Below, in pieces: positions 1 to 6,206 of a DNA stretch of 26,832 nucleotides (the stretch's first letter is position 1; the number at the start of each line of letters is the position of its first letter). This stretch comes from a virus (Duplodnaviria > Caudoviricetes), in IMG/VR virus record IMGVR_UViG_3300020568_000019, positions 1 through 26,832 of that record, one strand, 5' to 3'. The notes under the pieces were generated by a model. That model was not told the DNA's origin, did not search any database, and saw only the letters and a list, made by a program, of their open reading frames with translations. The position numbers and the translations under genes are program-made.

Positions 1-295
1 ACTTGCGCTCGTCACCAGGGACGTAGAGAGTCTTCGGGGCTGCCGCGACTGCAGGCTGCGAACCAGCAGCCCAAGCCTTGACTTCCTGAAGGCCCTCAAG
101 GGCTTCAATTTCTGAACGGATTTCGCGAGCCTTGGCAAGTCCCGAACGGAACGCCTCGACATGCTTTGCTTCAACTTGAACTTCTGGGCCGCCCTCTTCG
201 CGATTGGCCTCGACATGGTCGACGATTGCGTCGTTCTGCGCGAGGACATCCTTGAGTGCACCCTTAAGTTCCTTAAGACGGCTATCGTAAGCCAT
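1..295 (-). CDS. Major capsid protein, HK97-type (N-terminal part; truncated by window edge)
   Basis: Not in the ORF track. ATG at 295 with AAGGAG RBS at 304-309. Translates MAYDSRLKELKGALKDVLAQNDAIVDHVEANREEGG...KAREIRSEIEALEGLQEVKAWAAG...GDERK, open to the edge. The helical/coiled-coil N-terminus resembles an HK97 delta domain, and it lies downstream of portal/protease with its own promoter. The capsid fold itself is outside the window. Confidence 0.7.
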   Translation of the reverse strand, partial: MAYDSRLKELKGALKDVLAQNDAIVDHVEANREEGGPEVQVEAKHVEAFRSGLAKAREIRSEIEALEGLQEVKAWAAGSQPAVAAAPKTLYVPGDERK

Positions 296-359
296 AGTAG
301 GTACTCCTTTTAGAGTGTTTGTACTTATAGGACACAAGGTAAGCACCTCGTTATGACAT

Positions 360-388
360 AGTATGCTAGAGCATTGTCATCCTGTCAA
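360..388 (-). promoter_or_regulatory. SigA-like promoter for the capsid gene
   Basis: TTGACA (388-383), 17 nt, then CATACT (365-360). The leader contains a small hairpin ACGAGGT-GCTT-ACCTTGT before the RBS. Confidence 0.6.
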
Positions 389-396
389 GCAGGCAA

Positions 397-702
397 CTAC
401 TTTTCTTCTTCGTCGTCTCCGTCTTCGTTGAACAGGTCTTCAACGAAGGAGTCAAAGTCGATAACCGTAGGGATAAATGGCTCTGCTATAACCATGCCCT
501 TAAAGGTGACTTTCGGGGCTGGAACAGCCATTTTGAGTATTGAAACCACCTTTTCGAGCACCGATGAAGCCACAAATGGGGGGATTGACCCAAGGTCTAC
601 GTGGATTGGCTCATTCAGGTCGTCTTGAGAGACCGAAATCGTAATTACCGAAAACTTTAGGTCTCCGTCATCCTCAAAATTGTTTGGTGTGCTGGCTGAC
701 AT
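397..702 (-). CDS. Hypothetical acidic protein (101 aa)
   Basis: ORF abuts the upstream stop (TAA-ATG) with GGAGGGG just upstream. No family recognised. Confidence 0.7.
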   Translation of the reverse strand: MSASTPNNFEDDGDLKFSVITISVSQDDLNEPIHVDLGSIPPFVASSVLEKVVSILKMAVPAPKVTFKGMVIAEPFIPTVIDFDSFVEDLFNEDGDDEEEK

Positions 703-909
703 TTACTCTTCCCCTCCATCCGCAAACCAATCAAACTGGTCCAATAGTCCAGCATCCATGACCGCCTGATAGAGATTTTTGCCTTTTTCAGTTGCCTGAT
801 ACAGCCATTCTCCGCGCTCGTTTATGCCGATGACTTCAATGAGTCCGTTCTCAATCATCAAATCAAACTGACGATTGAACTCGTCTCTTTCGTCATCACT
901 AAGCGACAT
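703..909 (-). CDS. Small winged-helix-like protein (68 aa)
   Basis: Likely start MSLSDDERDEF at 909, overlapping the phosphoesterase stop. LMIENGLIEV...EWLYQATEKGK resembles a wHTH helix plus wing. The longer 703..1218 call overlaps the phosphoesterase and is unlikely. Confidence 0.6.
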   Translation of the reverse strand: MSLSDDERDEFNRQFDLMIENGLIEVIGINERGEWLYQATEKGKNLYQAVMDAGLLDQFDWFADGGEE

Positions 910-2083
910 ACTCCACGCCTCTAAAGATGCCGCGGCCGCTGTAAATCCACATCTGCTCATAGTTGAACCATTCTTCGCCAACACCCTTTGGCTGGTACTG
1001 AACAACTGCCAAGCCTTGCTGCCAGTTTTCTGCACCCTGCATAAGTGGTCGGCCAAATTCATCTGCGCCAGACTTTGTTGACGGAACAGCACCGTCAATT
1101 CTGCACAAGCATCCTGGGCTTGCTGCCATGACTGTTCGCGGACCAGCCTCAGAAACTCGTGTGCGATACGCAACCTCAACTCTGTGAATGTGTCCGTAGA
1201 TGACAGATTTATGTGCATCGTTCAAATACTTTGTTGTAGTTGAACCATTTGATGTAACCCTGTCACCGTGACGAATGATGAGATTTTCATTCAACGCCAA
1301 GAACGACTCTGGATATCCCGACAAGTAGTCGACACCAAAGTCATCCATTCTGCAGAGATTAGGGACCGACAGAACTGGCCAGTTTTCGCGCAGTTCGTCC
1401 ATCAGTTTTCCGCGTGTCAATCCAAATGCTGCTTCCGCATTTGTCTGAATGTATCTAGCAAGACGCGCTTCGTGATTCCCAGCAATCCAAGTGATTTTTG
1501 CATTTGGTGCCGCATTGCGCAATTGAGCACATAGCAATGTTGCTCGGTCAATTGTTGCTTGCGTCAACTGCTTGAATGTTGGAGCAGTCAGATATTTGCC
1601 AAACTCAGCAAAGTCAAGATTGTCTCCGAGCATTACGATTTGGTCAGGCTTGATGTCTTCGATAAGTTTGATTGCTATCGAAATTGCAGACTCGTCGTGA
1701 ATTGGCTCCAACTCTGCGTTCAGTTCAAGTGACTTTTTGTAATAGCCCATCTGCATGTCCGGAAGAATCACAGCGGTTTCCCACTGCTTTGGCTTGCGAG
1801 ACTTTGCTTTTCCTTTCGGAACGCTGTACTTAGGGCCTTGTGTTATTACCGGCCACTCCGGACCCATATCCCACTTTGGACTAAGAACAATGCTGGCGCC
1901 CTTGAGGTCATGTATTTGCGCTTCGCCCGCTTCGTCTTTCGTAACTGTTTGCCATTTGCCAACCTTCATCGACTTGATTGAGCCGACTTCTTCTGGCTTA
2001 ATGTTGTGCTCTTTCAGCAGTTTTGCAACTGCTTCTATGTGTGCTTGTTCTGTCACCTTGGAAAAATCGTCAGACAAAGGCAT
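899..2083 (-). CDS. Calcineurin-like metallophosphoesterase
   Basis: Motifs PDMQ (DxH variant), GDNLD, GNHE, IRHG and GHIH in the canonical order. AAGGAG RBS upstream. Confidence 0.9.
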   Translation of the reverse strand: MPLSDDFSKVTEQAHIEAVAKLLKEHNIKPEEVGSIKSMKVGKWQTVTKDEAGEAQIHDLKGASIVLSPKWDMGPEWPVITQGPKYSVPKGKAKSRKPKQWETAVILPDMQMGYYKKSLELNAELEPIHDESAISIAIKLIEDIKPDQIVMLGDNLDFAEFGKYLTAPTFKQLTQATIDRATLLCAQLRNAAPNAKITWIAGNHEARLARYIQTNAEAAFGLTRGKLMDELRENWPVLSVPNLCRMDDFGVDYLSGYPESFLALNENLIIRHGDRVTSNGSTTTKYLNDAHKSVIYGHIHRVEVAYRTRVSEAGPRTVMAASPGCLCRIDGAVPSTKSGADEFGRPLMQGAENWQQGLAVVQYQPKGVGEEWFNYEQMWIYSGRGIFRGVEYVA

Positions 2084-2085
2084 TG

Positions 2086-2346
2086 TTATTTGTTCTCCTT
2101 AATGAGTGTGTGTGTTGATGAAAGCGCAATACCCTTTTGCCTGCGCCACTTATTAATTGCCCATACGCCACATTCAATTTTGTTGCTTTCAAGCACTCGC
2201 GCAATTGTGCGAGTGGAAATTGCTGGGTCCAGCAGAGCCTTCTTTAGGCTTTCTGCATCTTTTTTGTTTAACGTCTCAAGAAGCACCTCAACTTTATTGG
2301 TTGAGGACTTGATTGCTTCCTGCTTGCATTCTTCGTAGATATCCAT
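2086..2346 (-). CDS. Small HTH-like protein (86 aa)
   Basis: ATG at 2346 with AAGGAG at 2351-2356. The segment ISTRTIARVLESNKIECGVWAINKWRR has an HTH-like pattern, and the gene precedes the phosphoesterase. Confidence 0.65.
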   Translation of the reverse strand: MDIYEECKQEAIKSSTNKVEVLLETLNKKDAESLKKALLDPAISTRTIARVLESNKIECGVWAINKWRRQKGIALSSTHTLIKENK

Positions 2347-2354
2347 GAGTCTCC

Positions 2355-2386
2355 TTGTTTGGTTCCGCCCAAACAAAGATTAGCAC
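2355..2386 (-). promoter_or_regulatory. Extended -10 promoter with leader hairpin
   Basis: TGcTAATCT followed by the hairpin TTGTTTGG-GCGGAA-CCAAACAA, which abuts the RBS. Confidence 0.4.
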
Positions 2387-2423
2387 ATGATTGGTCCCCG
2401 ATTGGGGATTTAGTGGACGAAGA

Positions 2424-3890
2424 TTACTTCGACATTTCCTTCAAAAGGAGATGGAATTCCTTCAGGTCATCAAACGAAATGGCCGCAGTTTGCTTTTGGT
2501 CGTCGGCGGCCTTTTCCTCAACAACTTCTGTTGTGGCTTCAGTGGTCTCTGTTTGTTCTGCTGCTGCTTCTTCTGACTTCACTTCTTCAACAGTCTCGGT
2601 TGTCTCAACTGCGGGAATTTCTTCCGCTGCTTTTTCCTCAACAATCTCTGCTGTTTCCGCTGCGACTTCTGTTGCAACTTCGTCGGACTTTGCTTCTTCT
2701 GCAACTGGAGCGACTTCTTCGGTCACATCACCGCTGTCGTACTGTGCCAAACGCTCAAGAATCTCCGCGTTCTGTTTCATGGCCCGCTCAACCAGCGCCA
2801 TGAACTCGGTGTCCATCTTTTTCATTGCACTCTCCTCTTCATCCTCCCCTTCAGAATAGCCTTCTTCGGGGTCTCCTGTGGGCAAGGCTTCCTCTACCTT
2901 GAGGGCATCCCCCCTCGCCACGACTGTTACGTTGGTTGGGTGCCATTCCCCTGCTGACTTCAGCGAAGCCTCTTCTTCGGGCATATCCTCGTCATCCTCG
3001 GCCTCATCCTCTTCCTCCGCGGCCTCCTGCATCCATACCCTGATGAGGTAAGCGGGGTTTTCTTCAGTCCCCTCAAGTTCTAGGCCTTGGGGCTCTCCAC
3101 GGACCTTGCCGTCTGTCTCGACCGAGACCACATCCCCATAGAAAGTCCCTTGGGTGGTCTCCCAAGAAACGATGGCTCCTGCTTCTGCCATGCCGTCAAC
3201 CTTCTCCATGACAACAAATGTGCGGAGTTTCATTTCTGCATAGTCAAGTTCAAAGAACTCGCCGGTACGTTCGCCTTTTTCGTCCACTTGCTCAACAAGT
3301 GCGGAATCATCATCGGCCTCGACAACGATGCCTTTCATCTCGGTTTTACCCTCAATCCAGGCGACATCGCTCTCGACGTCGATGATGTTATCCAAATCTT
3401 GCAATCCCTTGACGGTCAAGTCAAGCGACTCAGCCAATGGGGCATCAATTAGGCCCTTAAACATCATGATTGCATCAACATCCTCATCTGACTTGAGTTC
3501 GGGTGCTTGCATATCCGCATCAGCATAGTGCGCGGCGATGTGGCGGTAAACGCCCTGACGTGCCGCTCCTCGCAAAACTGTTCCCTGTCGTCCACCATTG
3601 AGAACTGCCACGGAGTTGGAAAGTGCTCGGCCAGAGGCGGCTCCTGCTCGGCCACCTTCGCCAACAAAGTGATGGACGAAGGAGTAGTGAGTCTTGCGTG
3701 TTCCCTTTGTGTTTGGGAGTTGAAACGCAAAAATGTCGTCGTAGTAAGACGGTGTTGCAGGTGAGCGCATCTTGCGGAACTGTACTGTCCTGTCCCAAGC
3801 AGATGTCCGGTCAACCGATGTTGAGTGCGATGGAATGACGCGGCCGTTTGGGCCAGCATCTTTAATCTCAACTTCGTTATTCTCAGACAT
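2424..3890 (-). CDS. Acidic multi-domain head protein / scaffold-like protein (488 aa)
   Basis: Directly downstream of the prohead protease (8-nt overlap). The N-terminal domain is paralogous to the protease C-terminal domain. It also has a Tudor-like domain (GAIVSW...NPAYLIRVW), a Glu/Ala-rich tail with periodic EExK[AS] motifs, and an amphipathic C-terminal helix. Confidence 0.75.
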   Translation of the reverse strand: MSENNEVEIKDAGPNGRVIPSHSTSVDRTSAWDRTVQFRKMRSPATPSYYDDIFAFQLPNTKGTRKTHYSFVHHFVGEGGRAGAASGRALSNSVAVLNGGRQGTVLRGAARQGVYRHIAAHYADADMQAPELKSDEDVDAIMMFKGLIDAPLAESLDLTVKGLQDLDNIIDVESDVAWIEGKTEMKGIVVEADDDSALVEQVDEKGERTGEFFELDYAEMKLRTFVVMEKVDGMAEAGAIVSWETTQGTFYGDVVSVETDGKVRGEPQGLELEGTEENPAYLIRVWMQEAAEEEDEAEDDEDMPEEEASLKSAGEWHPTNVTVVARGDALKVEEALPTGDPEEGYSEGEDEEESAMKKMDTEFMALVERAMKQNAEILERLAQYDSGDVTEEVAPVAEEAKSDEVATEVAAETAEIVEEKAAEEIPAVETTETVEEVKSEEAAAEQTETTEATTEVVEEKAADDQKQTAAISFDDLKEFHLLLKEMSK

Positions 3891-6141
3891 CAGTATCTTC
3901 TTTCGTCAGTGGCTCAGAAATATAACCACGCTTAATCATTAGATTATCCACTTCTTGGTCAGACTTCAATGAAGGTGGTGTCTCTCCCCCGTCACGGTAG
4001 TGACGAGCGATGTGGTTGTACACCGCCTTTCGGTCTGCGCCGCGCAACTTCGTTCCACCGCGTGCCCCGTTAAGAATCGCCATTTGCACTCTCAACTCCG
4101 ACATTGCGGCAGCACCAGGGCGTCCGTCTTGTGAAACGTGATGGTGAATAAATGTGTAGTGGGTCTTGCGTGTCCCGTCTGTTCCTGGAATGTGATAGGC
4201 AAAAATCTTTCGATAGTACGCCGGGTCTTCCGGTGAGCGAGTACTGAGAATCGCATTACGGTTCAGCGTCTCATCATCACGAACCGCTGTTGAGTGGCTG
4301 CGAATTGGACCGCCATTTGCCTTTGCCTCAATGGCATCCCACTCTTCGTCCTTCATTTCAAAGGACAACTCTTCGCTCTTCATGTCATTCCACTGAACAA
4401 CTCCATCTGGAATCACGGCAAATCGACACTTGCCGTTTTCCTGAACTTCTTGCTTAATGATGGCGCACTTTCCTTCACCCATATACAGGGTGCAGTTTGC
4501 GCACTTAACTCCGATTGACTTTTCGTCGTTTTCGGCTGGCGATTCATAGCCTGCCCAGATTCCAGAACCGTCTTCGTCAAACTTGCCATATTCGTCAGCA
4601 ATGCGCACTAGCGCATCATGGAGTGCTTGTTCATCTGCAGTCAGGCTTGGGTGGAATCTTCCATAAGAGTCTTTTTCTTCAATGTCGGAAAGACCATCTT
4701 TTGGCGTTTCTGCTGCGTAGAGAGCAGCCATGTGACGACGCGCGTCAGCAAGGGTCTCGTGACAGCCGCCAGGGACTGGCGTACTTTCGCCTTCCTTGAT
4801 TACTGCGTACCCGCTGCATCCTTGCATGTTTCGCGAAATGCGGTATGGCTTACCTTCGTCTGTTCGACGACGGCGACGTGGGCGCGGGCGACCAACAACG
4901 CCTGGTCGTTGCGGTGTGCCGAATGAACCAGGATTTCCTTCTGGCATATCGGTATAAATATCCTTGAGCGCTTCAATCTTGCGCAAGGTAGAAAACCTAT
5001 GACCGACCATCGTGTCAGTTGGCTCCCAACCATCGCCAGTATTGCGGTAAACGCGAATCATTGCTGCGGGGTCTTCTGGAGTTGCAGTGATGGTAAAACT
5101 GCTGTCAGGAACATTCATGCGTCCACGACGCAGGATGCGAGTAATTTTTCCGCGAGCAGTTCCGCCAGAAGAATTCCAACTTACAAAATCGCCAACACGC
5201 AAATCTCCTGGTTCGGCTTTGATGTCCAGTGACTTCTCCTCATCTCGGCGATTCATCGCCTCAACGAGTTTTGTTGCCCATGTCCTACCAGCGTCTCCGC
5301 CCCACAGTTTCCACGCAATGAGGCCAGCACCTGGATACCCATCTGCGCCTGGCCTGCTGTTTGCCGGCGTGCGAAGGTCCACTTCGTGGCGAGGGAAATA
5401 CTTGGCGATATGGCGAACTTTACGCGGTGCTGCAGTCGTGTTGTTAATCAGATAGTTGGCGGTGTTCTTGCCAACTGATGTTCCGCCGCGATTATATTCG
5501 CGTGACCAGCGGAGTCCGGTTTCTGCTTGCTTCTTTGCACCATCAGGGATTCTGAAATTTAGGTCTGAGTAATCTCCGGCTTTTGACTCATCCCAATCGA
5601 TGTCATCATCATCTTCCTCAATGCCGACCAGGTCATCTTTGACGCTCAGAGTGCGCGTGTTTGGGGCAGCGCCGAAAATGACGGGCGAGTACTCGTAGAG
5701 TTCCAACTGTTTGATAAAGCGAACGCCAGTCTTTTCATCAGTTGTTGACTTGCCTTCTGGCACCGAATATCCAATTGACCATTCTTGCTCTTCAGCAAAA
5801 AACTGCACGTCGTGGAAGGCATCTCGCCCACGGCTTGTGTTCAAATTGAACTGCATTTTTACCATGAGCGCGCCAGCGCCCTGTGAGCGCAAATCTTCCG
5901 GAAGACGTTCGTCTCCAGGCATGAGTTCTTCGACCTTGAGTGTTTTTGCGACTGGAATATTGGTGTCGTGCGACCAAACGCCTTTTGGATTCCTCTTGCG
6001 CAAAGTGTTCCTGTAAGCACCCGGCTCAATTACGTCGTTGACTGAGTCAACAATATTCGTGACCGAGACTATTGCCTCGACAATCCCATCAGCATCGCTC
6101 AGTCCGCGAACTGATGAAACCGGAACATTTTTGCGGTCCAT
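3883..6141 (-). CDS. HK97-family prohead (capsid maturation) protease with about 580 aa of C-terminal accessory modules
   Basis: aa 1-168: D-x3-D-VIEPGAY, WSHD (His58), WSIGY (Ser122), LYEYSPVIFGAAPNT...SVK. AGGAGG RBS. Lies immediately after the portal. Confidence 0.92.
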   Translation of the reverse strand: MDRKNVPVSSVRGLSDADGIVEAIVSVTNIVDSVNDVIEPGAYRNTLRKRNPKGVWSHDTNIPVAKTLKVEELMPGDERLPEDLRSQGAGALMVKMQFNLNTSRGRDAFHDVQFFAEEQEWSIGYSVPEGKSTTDEKTGVRFIKQLELYEYSPVIFGAAPNTRTLSVKDDLVGIEEDDDDIDWDESKAGDYSDLNFRIPDGAKKQAETGLRWSREYNRGGTSVGKNTANYLINNTTAAPRKVRHIAKYFPRHEVDLRTPANSRPGADGYPGAGLIAWKLWGGDAGRTWATKLVEAMNRRDEEKSLDIKAEPGDLRVGDFVSWNSSGGTARGKITRILRRGRMNVPDSSFTITATPEDPAAMIRVYRNTGDGWEPTDTMVGHRFSTLRKIEALKDIYTDMPEGNPGSFGTPQRPGVVGRPRPRRRRRTDEGKPYRISRNMQGCSGYAVIKEGESTPVPGGCHETLADARRHMAALYAAETPKDGLSDIEEKDSYGRFHPSLTADEQALHDALVRIADEYGKFDEDGSGIWAGYESPAENDEKSIGVKCANCTLYMGEGKCAIIKQEVQENGKCRFAVIPDGVVQWNDMKSEELSFEMKDEEWDAIEAKANGGPIRSHSTAVRDDETLNRNAILSTRSPEDPAYYRKIFAYHIPGTDGTRKTHYTFIHHHVSQDGRPGAAAMSELRVQMAILNGARGGTKLRGADRKAVYNHIARHYRDGGETPPSLKSDQEVDNLMIKRGYISEPLTKEDTDV

Positions 6142-6158
6142 CTGGCCTCCTGCATGCG

Positions 6159-6164
6159 ATTATA
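6159..6164 (-). promoter_or_regulatory. -10 element (TATAAT) upstream of the protease gene
   Basis: Perfect TATAAT 7 nt upstream of the AGGAGG RBS. No clear -35. Confidence 0.45.
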
Positions 6165-6206
6165 CACACGCGTAAACGGAAAGACTAACTTAACTTGCCG
6201 TATAGG

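Noticed and set aside
910-1218. N-terminal extension of ORF 703..1218 (171 aa)
   Set aside because: It lies wholly inside the phosphoesterase gene in another frame. Only the last 68 aa look like a real protein.
2359-2859. 166-aa Ser/Ala-rich plus-strand ORF and the many other antisense ORFs in the track
   Set aside because: These are shadows of well-supported opposite-strand genes, with no RBS or motifs of their own.
3875-3905. Programmed frameshift fusing the protease to the 488-aa protein
   Set aside because: There is an 8-nt overlap but no X-XXY-YYZ slippery site or obvious stimulator. Ordinary translational coupling is sufficient.
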